From contig VRMN01000008.1 in NCBI GenBank assembly GCA_008690995.1, forward strand, positions 558,001-622,000: 64,000 bases of DNA, in the 5' to 3' direction. Below the pieces are notes generated by a model, which was not told where the DNA came from, did not search any database, and saw only the letters and a list, made by a program, of their open reading frames with translations. Of the stretch, positions 47,831-59,217 are shown one piece after another (the stretch's first letter is position 1; the number at the start of each line of letters is the position of its first letter). Position numbers and translations under genes: made by a program. Source of the stretch: Porphyridium purpureum. Lineage: Eukaryota.

Positions 47831-50368
47831 CTAATCCTTCCACTTGTGGCCGCAGGGCTGGCACGTGAAGAACGAAGTCATGGGTTCATCCGCCGAACGC
47901 GTCTGCATTTGGTAATACGAAACTTCGCGCTTCTTGCATTTAGGACATGGAAATTCGTCCGTTGAGGCAGTCACGGTCGCGCCGCCTTGCGCGTCCTTGA
48001 TGAGCTTTTCCTGGGCAATCTCAGCCTCTTTTTTCTGCTCAGCCGTTTTCAGCTCGTCTGAAGACATGCTGATAAGCCTTTCGCACGTGATCTCCCCCGA
48101 CGCCAGTGCGGTCCGTAAAGGCACATTGCGAGCCAGGTTCGCCCGCAAGGAGATCTGCTTTTCCTTCTGATCCTCCTTATCTTGAATTTTCGTTCGAATC
48201 AGATTCAATAACTCCTGCACGATTTTGTGAGCCACGGCTGGGTCCGGCCGTTCATATGAATGTGACGCTTCACTATCCTCAAAGCCCAGCAAAATCTTCA
48301 TGAAGACCTTTTTTGCCTTATCGTCTCCCAAATTGATGCCAGCATCTGCAAGTGTGGTCTCAAAATCCGAGTGCCTTGACACTTCTCGTTTGCCTCCCGC
48401 GTCTGCAGTCAAAGGAGAGCCTTGTGAAACTGGCTCTGATTTCTTTTCCTTTGCGGGCGTGGAACTCTTCTTCCCCAGCTCGACAACAGCCTTTACCTTA
48501 TCTGGTTTGCTCGTCACCCTGGCCTCCCCTGCTTCTTTCTCGTTCTTGGTCGCTGACTTTGCCTCCTCAGCAGCCGAGGCCACAGATGCATTTGGAGTGG
48601 CCGCGTCGACTTTCGAATCCGATTCTTTGGTCACTTCTGCTTCTCGCTTTGGTCGCGGCGTTTCTGCGTGTTGCTGTCCTTCCGAGTCTGATCCTACTGG
48701 CGATCGCTTCAAGTCTGTTGCGTCAGCTCCTTTTGTTTCCGCCGCGATTACTTTCTTCCATGACCCGAGCAAGCCCTTCAAAAGAGCATATGAAGGGGCT
48801 TCAGCATCTTTCAGATGACCTTGCAAATCCTTCATGCGCTTAACCACTTTGGATTCGCGCAGGACGGCTGTCGAAACACTCTTCTTGTAGAGCTCCTGCA
48901 GCGTGTCTGCGATCACAGTCTCCTCGTCGTAAGCGGCCCGCGAGAACTTGTCAAACAGCCTTCGCTGCTTCTGCATGCTTTCCAACTCGACTTTGGCACG
49001 CTTCGCTTTCTCGCGCTTTTCAACGAACGATTCTGTCGCGGAGTGAAGTGTCGTGACCAACGCGCGAATTTGTTCGGCCGAAAACATTTCAGTGTCGTCT
49101 GCAGCTTCCTCGGGCGTTTCAAACACACGCCCGTCACTCGGGTCCACTATACTACCCTCAGCTGACTTTTGGGAGTTCAACTGCTTCTCCAGCATCTTGG
49201 TCCTCTCTTTCGCCTTGCGCAGCTCCTCCTTTGTTTTACGCAGTTCCTCGTTCAGCGCCAACATTTCCCGCGCAGTTGACGACGATGCGCCAGCGGTGAC
49301 CGCCGCCGCGACACGCGCACGTTTGGAAGGTTTCGGCATGAATTCGTTTTCCAAGTCCGACGGCTCGATTTCCTCTTCGTCCGCTTCGAGCTCGTCCACG
49401 AGCCGTTTGGCAGATTTTTTCGCTTGTGAAGGCGGGGACACGGTCGGACTGCTCTTCTTCTTGGCCTTCTTTGCAGAGGCCGACTTGCCGAGGGCTGCTG
49501 TGTCCTTGCTCACAGCGGGGTCGGCCTCCTCGGCCTCTTCCCTATCCTCATCGTCGTCCTCTGGCTGCTGCCACTCCGACGGGTCCAATCCAAAATACTC
49601 GTACGACGGGAAAAACTTCTTTGCAAACTCAACCACGCCATCCGTTTCATGTGATTTTAACTCGGTAAGCCACTGCTTTGCGTCGTCGGCAGCGCCACAG
49701 CAACGCTCGTACTCTTTGTGAGCCCGTGCTGGTACCATGCGTTCGATCGCGCTCTCCTCCGCATTGAACACAGACAGCTCATTGGGAGAATTTTTCAGCC
49801 ACGAGCCTTGATCTTCGCCGAAAAACATGACCCAAACCTTCTCTGTCTTGGGATGTTTCCACTCTTTGCTCTTGTTATTCGGAAGAACTGCAGCCGGCCA
49901 CCACGGGTATCCACGGACTTTGCCCCAGACCACGCTCCCCAGCTTTGGATCTTCATCACCAAATTCGTCCGCCAGCGCACGCTTCGGAACTTTTGGCGAC
50001 TTGTTTGACACTTTCCGGTTCATCTTGATAGCCGTGGACGGCGTGTCCCCTGACATGCTTGGCTTGGCCGAGTCCACCTCCATTTCGGGGCTACCCGTAC
50101 CTGCGTTGTCCACCGATGCATGTGCCTCGGCTTCCAAGCTCCCTGCCGCCGCGCCTGGATCGTCGACGTCCTTCATTTCCACATCGACGCTTTCATGCCC
50201 GCCTGCCGGTTTTGCCTGCGCCAGGTCCTTATCCGCTACTTGACCCTGAGCGTCCACTCCTTCATCACTCTTTCCGGTCTCCACCGCAGCCAAAGGCTTC
50301 GATTCTTCAGCAGCGTTCGGCACGGCGTCACCCACAGGCACCTCTTTGGCATCTTGGCTTGCATCCAT
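47831..50368 (-). CDS. TFIIS: Transcription elongation factor TFIIS with N-terminal PWWP domain
   Basis: C-terminal Zn ribbon CPKC...QMQTRSADEPMT.F.TC..CGHKWK; domain II SLRANL..N..LR...L.SMSSDEL; LW/TND-like region LQELYKK.VS..VLRESKV...LLGSWK; PWWP VVWGKVRGYPWWPA. Confidence 0.9.
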   Translation of the reverse strand: MDASQDAKEVPVGDAVPNAAEESKPLAAVETGKSDEGVDAQGQVADKDLAQAKPAGGHESVDVEMKDVDDPGAAAGSLEAEAHASVDNAGTGSPEMEVDSAKPSMSGDTPSTAIKMNRKVSNKSPKVPKRALADEFGDEDPKLGSVVWGKVRGYPWWPAAVLPNNKSKEWKHPKTEKVWVMFFGEDQGSWLKNSPNELSVFNAEESAIERMVPARAHKEYERCCGAADDAKQWLTELKSHETDGVVEFAKKFFPSYEYFGLDPSEWQQPEDDDEDREEAEEADPAVSKDTAALGKSASAKKAKKKSSPTVSPPSQAKKSAKRLVDELEADEEEIEPSDLENEFMPKPSKRARVAAAVTAGASSSTAREMLALNEELRKTKEELRKAKERTKMLEKQLNSQKSAEGSIVDPSDGRVFETPEEAADDTEMFSAEQIRALVTTLHSATESFVEKREKAKRAKVELESMQKQRRLFDKFSRAAYDEETVIADTLQELYKKSVSTAVLRESKVVKRMKDLQGHLKDAEAPSYALLKGLLGSWKKVIAAETKGADATDLKRSPVGSDSEGQQHAETPRPKREAEVTKESDSKVDAATPNASVASAAEEAKSATKNEKEAGEARVTSKPDKVKAVVELGKKSSTPAKEKKSEPVSQGSPLTADAGGKREVSRHSDFETTLADAGINLGDDKAKKVFMKILLGFEDSEASHSYERPDPAVAHKIVQELLNLIRTKIQDKEDQKEKQISLRANLARNVPLRTALASGEITCERLISMSSDELKTAEQKKEAEIAQEKLIKDAQGGATVTASTDEFPCPKCKKREVSYYQMQTRSADEPMTSFFTCQPCGHKWKD

Positions 50369-52042
50369 CACGGCCAACACCGAGAACGCTTCCGAATCCA
50401 AACCGTGTGCGTAAGCGAGCTTGCTTGCGGGTGCTATGCGTGCGTGTCTATATAGACGTGTGTGTTGCAACGTGAGTGCGTCGGTCCACCGCCTCTCCAC
50501 CCGCGACCGATCAATCGTTTGGTCTCCTCTCTCTCTCTTTCTCTCTCGCTCTTCCCTGCCGCGGCCCTCTTCTTGTGCGCGCGCGTTTTCCAGCCGGTCG
50601 GTGTTCTCTTTTAATAGATAAATAACGTTATTCATTGAAATTCTTCCATGCGACACGCGCGGCGCACGACTGCGGCAACCAGGACACGGGTTGCGCGGTC
50701 GTGTCCGCCGTGTGCGTGGCTGGACGACCGTGTCAGGGAATTTTGTGCGTCTGAACGCGGCAGTCTGTCCATCACGCTGTTTTGCCTCGATACTGCTTCT
50801 GGCTCGGGTTCGGGATTCAATTCGCGAGTCGCCCTGCGATCACATCCGCGGAGAAGCTGCGCCAGAGCGAGACCGTCCGGTCACATGTTATCTGATGCAT
50901 GCGATCTTGGATATTTTGCCAACTGAGAATGACGGATGGATCTCGAATAGCGGGGCCGAGGCCTTTTGCGGGACGATCAGGACCACGTCTCTTCGCGGCA
51001 CAAGGCAACAGTGTTAATGTGTCACTTTTTCCAGCCCTTGCCTTGAAAGTAGCGTGTCCACAGAAGCACCTCTTGTCTCAGTTTCGCCGATTTCCATGCC
51101 TCGATGAGGCTTTCCACGCCGTTCTAACCTACTTTGTGATTCTTTCCAAAGCGGTTCTCGGTCTTCGCACCACATTCCGAGTTGATGGATAGGTTAATCA
51201 TATGACAGATACATGGACACAAATGCGACGGATTTCTCGCCGCAGCCTTGAACTTTGGCACATTGACTTCACCCCGCGGGTCGCATGAAGCGATCTCACG
51301 CAATCAAGGTGCCGTCAGCCTAGCACCTGGACTGGATGCGTACGAGGAGACATACGTACGCACGATAAGTATGGTCAAAGCCCGCGGCGCTGACCGAGCC
51401 AACCCACCATCCTTTGCTCTCCGTCTCTGTGTATTTCTTTGTCTCTCCGCAGCGCACTCACACCACACGGTGATCAATTGCGCGCGGCGCTGCGGGCGTT
51501 TTCCAAGCCCGGCATTCTCACGCACGCACTCGCTCTACACGCTCACGCGCACGCGCAAGCTAACAAGTCCTACCGCATCCCGCCGCCACTGCCGGCGCAT
51601 AACAACTTTCAGTTGTTTCCCCTCGCAACTCGCGCTCGCACTCTCCACACACCAGGGAGCGCCCGCCAGCGAAGTGTACTTCCAGTACAGTGGTCACGTG
51701 GAGGTACAGGCGATATTTTATCCATTGCAAAGCAATGCCACATTCCACCTGTCCTTGCTGCTTCCAGCGCGGCATGTGGAACACGCCGCTGTACCATATC
51801 CCATCGCACCGGTACACCCCCCCTACTTGCACTGACCCAAACAACAAGCACCAAGTAACAAATCGCAAACACGCGCAGTTGTGGTAGCAAGCCAGCCAGC
51901 CAGCCAGCCAGTAAGCCAGGTGTGTGTGTGCTTTGTGTCGTCATCATGATGACGATCGAGCCGCCACACACACACACACACGCGCAAGGAACAAACACGT
52001 ATGCAAACGTGCGCTTTTTATGGGGCACGCACGCCACGCAGC

Positions 52043-52066
52043 GTTGTTGTTGTTGTTGTTGTTGTT
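52043..52066 (+). repeat. (GTT)n microsatellite
   Basis: About 8 visible trinucleotide units. Confidence 0.9.
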
Positions 52067-52790
52067 ATGGGGCAAAGGGGCCACGAACAAACAAACAGGG
52101 TCCTTGTTGGTCCGTATCCAACACATCATCGTCGACACGTACTAAACGCAATCACAAACGCACATACGAAGCCTCAGACGCATCGAGTACGCAAGTCGTC
52201 ACGACACCCATGCACACGAAAAGATATGATTCTATAGTTTTGTGATGGGACGTGTGGGTGAGGTGTGGGATTAGAGGACGAAGAAGAAGCCGGGGAAAGC
52301 TCCAGCCAAGGGTGGGTGTTCTGTCTTGTTTGGTTTGGTTACAAGTGTATTGAGCGTTTTGATCGCTTTGGTGTCTGATTAGATAGATCGCCACGATTGC
52401 CTTTGCACTTGGAAGAAGATTAGACAAGAAGGGTGGGGAGGAGGAGAAAATTCAATATAGCGAGTGTATACTCGGACATACATACACACAGACACGACAA
52501 GAGGCGGTCCAGGCGGAAGAAAGCGAGAAAAAGTTGGAAGAGCCAAAAAAGGAACGCGGCTGAAAGAGAGAAAGGAGGGAGAGGAAGATATACAGCGAGG
52601 CGGGAGTGGGGCGGGGAAGGAGGGAGGGGAAGGAGTGGTGAGTGGGAAAGGTGTGGTGAGGAAGACGAAAGGTGGAGTAAGTGTGAGTAAGTGTGAGTGA
52701 GTGAGAGTGAGAGGGAGAGTGTGGTGAGAGTGGACGGGGGGAGTCGGGGTTTGAGGAGAGTGTGGGGCGATTGGCCGGAGGGCGGGAGAG

Positions 52791-53591
52791 ATGATGGACG
52801 AGAAGGCAGACTCGGGCTCGGTGCAAAAGGCGGTGCCGGTGCTGTGCGCGCAGGGGTGCGGGTTCTACGGCAGCTCGACGACGCTCAACATGTGCAGCAA
52901 GTGCTTCCGCGACACGCAAAAGGTGAATCAGCAGGTCGCAGAGGCGCCGTCGCCGGGCGCGGCAGGCGCGGCCAAGGAGCTCGAGTCGTCCGTGGCGGCC
53001 GCGATGAGCATTGTGCAGAACGCCGCGGCAGAGGCAGAGAACGCGGCGGCCGCCGCCGCGGGAGCGGCGTCGGCGGCAAACGTGGGCTCCCCAGCCCCGA
53101 CCGCGCCTTCGAGCGCCGCGTTTGGCGCGCCGATGGTGCCGAGGTTGGAGAGCGTCGTGCTGTCGACCCTCAATACGCCGCTCAAGCCGCGCGGAGAATC
53201 GCTGGCGGAACCGAGCGCACCGCAAACACCAATGGCCAACCTGGCGGCCTCCGTGTCATCACAGGCCGCGGGCATTAGCTTATCGGCACCGTCAGAAGAC
53301 GACTTGGTTGCGGCGGCCGCCGCAGACAGCGGAGAGACGGTCGCCGTGGCGCCCACCACAGCGGTACCGGGCTCTCCCAAGCGAAAAATCCAGAAGAACA
53401 CCGGCCGGTGCTGGGAATGTCGGAAGAAGGTGGGGCTGCTTGGTTTCAAGTGCCGATGCGACTACACGTATTGTGGAGAGCACCGGTATACAGACAAGCA
53501 CGCGTGTGACTTTGACTACAAGACGCTGGCCAAGCAGAACTTGGAAAAGGCAAACCCGCAGGTGGTTGCCTCCAAGCTCGAGAAAATCTAA
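52791..53591 (+). CDS. A20/AN1 zinc-finger stress-associated protein (ZFAND5/6-like)
   Basis: LCAQGCGFYGS....MCSKCF (A20) and RCWECRKKVGLLGFKCRC..TYC..HRY...HACDFDYK (AN1). Confidence 0.95.
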   Translation: MMDEKADSGSVQKAVPVLCAQGCGFYGSSTTLNMCSKCFRDTQKVNQQVAEAPSPGAAGAAKELESSVAAAMSIVQNAAAEAENAAAAAAGAASAANVGSPAPTAPSSAAFGAPMVPRLESVVLSTLNTPLKPRGESLAEPSAPQTPMANLAASVSSQAAGISLSAPSEDDLVAAAAADSGETVAVAPTTAVPGSPKRKIQKNTGRCWECRKKVGLLGFKCRCDYTYCGEHRYTDKHACDFDYKTLAKQNLEKANPQVVASKLEKI

Positions 53592-54210
53592 GGTGAGCTC
53601 CGGGTGTACAATCTCGTGCCTCCCTTTGCTTGGCGCCGTGGACGCAGATCCACGGACTGCTGCTTGCTCTACGCCGCGAAAATTCAACAAGACATTCCGT
53701 CGCCAGAGCAGCCTTTTCCGGGGGGATTGGCGCGGCGACCCAGGTTTTTGGTCGCTTGACTTTCCTGGCCAGGCAGCCATCATTTTGTGGTTGAGTGTCT
53801 GTCTGCGTCAAGTCTGTTCGCACGTCTTGTGGTCTAAGAGGGGGAGTCACCGTAAAGGTTGCTGTGTATAAAGTGGCCTGGACCGGCCTTTGTGTGTGAC
53901 TATGGTATCATTTCTCTCTTCTAGACAACATGGGCATCGCCTGTCGATGCCCTCTGCTTTACCTTGATCTGTTTTTCCAAATGAACATTCGCATCCTCTT
54001 CCTTCCACAGCCAGACCTGCGGCTTTCCTTCAGTGTGGCGTCTCGCCACACCCCGGGCGCCCGCTCATCAACATGGCCAAAGAAGGGCCTCTTTAGCTTT
54101 TTGATTCGATCAAAACGTTTCATGTGTCTTTATTTTTCTTTCTCCTTGTCCTCTCTGCTCCTCCCCACGCACCGGCCGGAACACCTGGCACGATCTGCTC
54201 GGCGGCAAGC

Positions 54211-55161
54211 TCACGAGGACGGCGATGGAGCTGTGGCGGAGCTGCTTGATGCTGCTTCTGGGACCTGGTCCATGCCTTTGAGCAGAATCTTGTTATCAAT
54301 CAAGTTATGCATGGCAATGATGCTTCTAATCATGGATGATACGTACAGCACAAGCATCATATCGTTGGTCTTCACGGCAAAGCTGTTGACCAAACTCTCC
54401 ACATTGAAGGCCGGCAGAAGATTGAAGATGTCTTGCATATTGTACATGATATCTTGGTTGAGCGGCAGCTTACCCTGGCTCACTTGCACAAGGTAGGACT
54501 GCAGTTCGTGCAGCCGGCTCAGTAAACTGCGCATCGCGGCGAGCTTGCCGGCGAGTTCGCCTGTGAGCGTACTCACGCTCGAGTCCTGGATGTCTCGCAA
54601 AAGATGGCCGACTCCGACTTCCTCCGCCTCGACGGCCTCGATTTCGCTCGGCAAATGCGCAAAGATCTTGCGCACACTGCTATCCTCCTGCGACTGCTCA
54701 ACCGAGACATACGCCTCCGTGGGAAGTCCAAGATCCTTAGGCTTGACGTCGATAATGACAAGCACCGGGTCGTGGTGGTAGCTGCGCATGAGTTCGTGAA
54801 TCTCGTGGTCGCCTTGCCGTACCTTGGGGCCGGTGCTGTACCAACCGACAATCGTTTCCTTGGTGTTGACCTTGCGGAACATGGCCATCATGGCCTCGAG
54901 GTAAGTGTGATCCAAGAACCATACATCAGGCGCGCGCTCGTCTTCCTCAAACGGCAGGGCAAACGAGTTGGTACAAGAAACCTTACCGCGCGCCGTGTGG
55001 CCCAGCAAGACACCCACCGCGCGCTTCTTCGTGTCCTTGCACACACGATTATAATGATCTACGACACCCAGCAGCACGATCGGATGCACGGCCACCGAAT
55101 TCGGGACACCCGTTTTACCGGCGCCCATCCCACCCGCCGGCGCTCCACTCGCTTGCTCCAT
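54211..55161 (-). CDS. RPN8: 26S proteasome lid subunit Rpn8 (PSMD7)
   Basis: VHPIVLLGVVDHYNR, NSFALPFEED, WFLDH, VGWYSTGP, AEEVGVGHLLRDI, KTNDMML; start at ATG 55161. Confidence 0.95.
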   Translation of the reverse strand: MEQASGAPAGGMGAGKTGVPNSVAVHPIVLLGVVDHYNRVCKDTKKRAVGVLLGHTARGKVSCTNSFALPFEEDERAPDVWFLDHTYLEAMMAMFRKVNTKETIVGWYSTGPKVRQGDHEIHELMRSYHHDPVLVIIDVKPKDLGLPTEAYVSVEQSQEDSSVRKIFAHLPSEIEAVEAEEVGVGHLLRDIQDSSVSTLTGELAGKLAAMRSLLSRLHELQSYLVQVSQGKLPLNQDIMYNMQDIFNLLPAFNVESLVNSFAVKTNDMMLVLYVSSMIRSIIAMHNLIDNKILLKGMDQVPEAASSSSATAPSPSS

Positions 55162-57140
55162 TGCCCCACACCAGCCCAACGCACCTTCCAATCCTTTCTC
55201 GCTTCTTGCGTCGGCGTTCCCACCGTCTGTTTCAAAATACACCTCCAAGCGTTTCAACGCGGCGGTTGGCCCTGGGAAAGAAAAGAACCCGAGGATCTGA
55301 GAAGTACTGGCGCAAGCCACGGCCTGATCCGTCTCCGCCGCGAACTTTCCGAAGCAACAACCTCGACCCGCTTTCCCGTCTTTTGCGCTCTTCGACTGCT
55401 GCTCCCTTCCCTTACCGCGCTCCATTCTCGCTCAACATCGCCAGCACGTTCACTGTACCTTAAAGTACTGTTAGTAATGCAGCATTACTTTATCATCTGC
55501 ATGGTCATGGATAAAGTACAGTCTACTGGACCGCGACCGTGCAGCAGCGGAGCCGGCTGGAGCTGCGCAAGAGCCGTGACATGGTGAAGAGGTCGAACTC
55601 GAATGCGCACCAGCCACGATGTGCGCGGGTGGATACGCTGGCTTTGCTCTGGCACTGTTGAGTCTTTCGAGCCTTTTTGTTTTTGTCTGAGAACTCAGTA
55701 GATAGTCAGCGACGCCCAGAATGTGCAAACATGGAGTTTCACCAGGCACCGCACTACGTGAAGGAGACGATGGTAGGGAGATTTTTTAGCAAAGAAATAA
55801 GTCAATGTTCCATTGTTCTCTTTTCTTTTACTGTCATGCCGTTCTTTCTTTTTCTGGACTGGCCCTTGAAGCCTTCAGAGAACAAACGAAAGGACCCTGG
55901 TCTGCTTGTGCCATACTGCTTCGCACTTCTGACATGGTTTTCTCGTGGCGATCTCATCAGGCACGGCGTTCTCATGCAAAATTTCCACGACGTTCTGCTT
56001 TCATTCAGCCAACGCGCAGCTATTTTCATGTGTGCATGCGAGCATCGGCAATGTCCGACTTTTAGGTCTGCGAGCAGCTTTTCCATACGCCGAGACCGGC
56101 ACTTTGTGCAGGCACGAGTAGACGGACATCCGCATTTCAGCTCAGCAGTATCCGTATGCCTTTTGGCTGTACTCCTTTGGGCTCGCAGCATTTTTTTTTT
56201 TTTTTTTCTGTCTTCTCTTTTTCAGACGAGAGAGAAAGGGACAGAAAAGCAAAAGGCCAATCAGGACCACTTTCGAGTTGCCCAGAATTTCCTGTGTTTG
56301 AATTCTTGCGCTCCTCGATTGTCCTTCACCATGGAAATTTATATGTACTATCCGAAGGAAAGCCGAAGGGCGAGACGGCCTTGCGTGTCCATCGCGTCCG
56401 CGGTGACATGCAGAAAGCCAATATCAAACCGGCGTTCAGAATATGCCTGCAACACAACCGATATTCTGCGACTTTCTGCCACCAAACAAGCTGCACCGAT
56501 GACTGTCCAGGACGCAGGCACTTTCAAATAGGGAAATAAATGCTGACAAAATCTCCGCGGGTTCGGTCAGCTCGCTGGACTCCGTCTGTGTAGTACTCAC
56601 TTCGACAAAGTGAGCAGGTTCGCCAAATGAGACCACATTCGTATACTCCACATCGATCATCGAGTCGAAGGACTTTTACGCATTGATAAAAAGCCATCAC
56701 CTTGAGGCGACACGAGCTCCGCGGCCTGCTCAAAACATTCGTGCACTCTTTCGTTTAGCGCGCCTACGCCATCCCGACTTTAAACGACAATGGACCAGCC
56801 CAGCAAGGGCTCATTGCTTCCGAATGCTCGCGGCGATGATACTTCAGCTTCAATCGCGACATTCATTCTGCACAGAGAACTCGGACCCATCCAGAGTCTC
56901 AACCGGCGAATGTGCTGCGTACGCAGCACACATCCACATGGCCAGCCCGCTCAGCGCACCAAACTTTATCGCCATGCGCCCAATGCCAGTTGTGGCACGG
57001 ACACAAACCGCAGACCGTGCCGCGCCTCTGGCCTCCGCCGCGTTGAAGCCCGCACCAAAACTCAAGATATGTTCCGGTTAACCGACTTGTTCTCCGCTTG
57101 ACACATACGATGCCGCATCTCCCAACTGCCAAATCCACCA

Positions 57141-57310
57141 AATCATGACAGAATATCATCATTTATCATAAAGCATGACATAAAGTCATTATTCAATATT
57201 AATCATGAAATAATATCATCATTGAGAACCAATCATGAAATATTATCATCTTTCAATGCTAATGATGCTTTTATTACATCTTTAAATTTAAAGGATGATA
57301 TATGGCTTAA
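57141..57310. repeat. AT-rich degenerate 30-bp tandem array
   Basis: Units start at 57141, 57171, 57201, 57231, 57261 and 57291; the first four each contain ATGA-N7-TCAT. Confidence 0.8.
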
Positions 57311-57332
57311 AAGATGACATGCGCGTTTTGTG

Positions 57333-57343
57333 TTTGGCGCGAA
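57333..57343. promoter_or_regulatory. E2F-type site upstream of MSI1
   Basis: TTTGGCGCGAA about 215 bp before the ATG. Confidence 0.45.
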
Positions 57344-57517
57344 GCGGCGCGTGAAGGGAACAAGGGAGACGTGGTTTGGAAGTGTGGCGACGGAGAGGGA
57401 AACAGAGAGAGAAAGGAGAAAAGTGTCGACGGAACACGGACGCTCGCGATCCCCGTCTGTCCGCGTATCTACGCGTGTACGTGCAGGCAGAGCTTGAAGG
57501 TGCGGCATTGGTGGTGA

Positions 57518-58900
<1,383 letters not shown>

Positions 58901-59217
58901 AAAAGTTGCAACAAACAATGGCGGCATTAAATATTTGTCTTGAAAGGCGCGCAGTCCTGTTTCTTTTCCAGTGAACGCATAACGCGCTTCACCAGTGCCA
59001 CCGTCTCATTTCCGCCACCCCACGAGCCGAGATGCTACCAAAGAAAAATTCGTCTGGCGCAATTTGATGGTTCGCGACCAAAGGTGCTTGTTTTTAAAGA
59101 CATCTGCTGGAGCAGGTTTCCCTCAAAACGGGCGGGGGCCGTCACTCACATTTAACTTTGGCTTTTGTCTCTCACCACTCGCTTTTGAAACCTTCCTCTC
59201 TCTCCTATTATTCTAAC

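Noticed and set aside
55677..56531. 284-aa ORF in the RPN8-MSI1 intergenic region
   Set aside because: Atypical composition, runs through a poly-T tract and has no motifs; likely spurious
57141..57310. CRISPR-like array
   Set aside because: The units are degenerate with only about 7 variable bases and no true spacers; there are no cas genes and the context is eukaryotic
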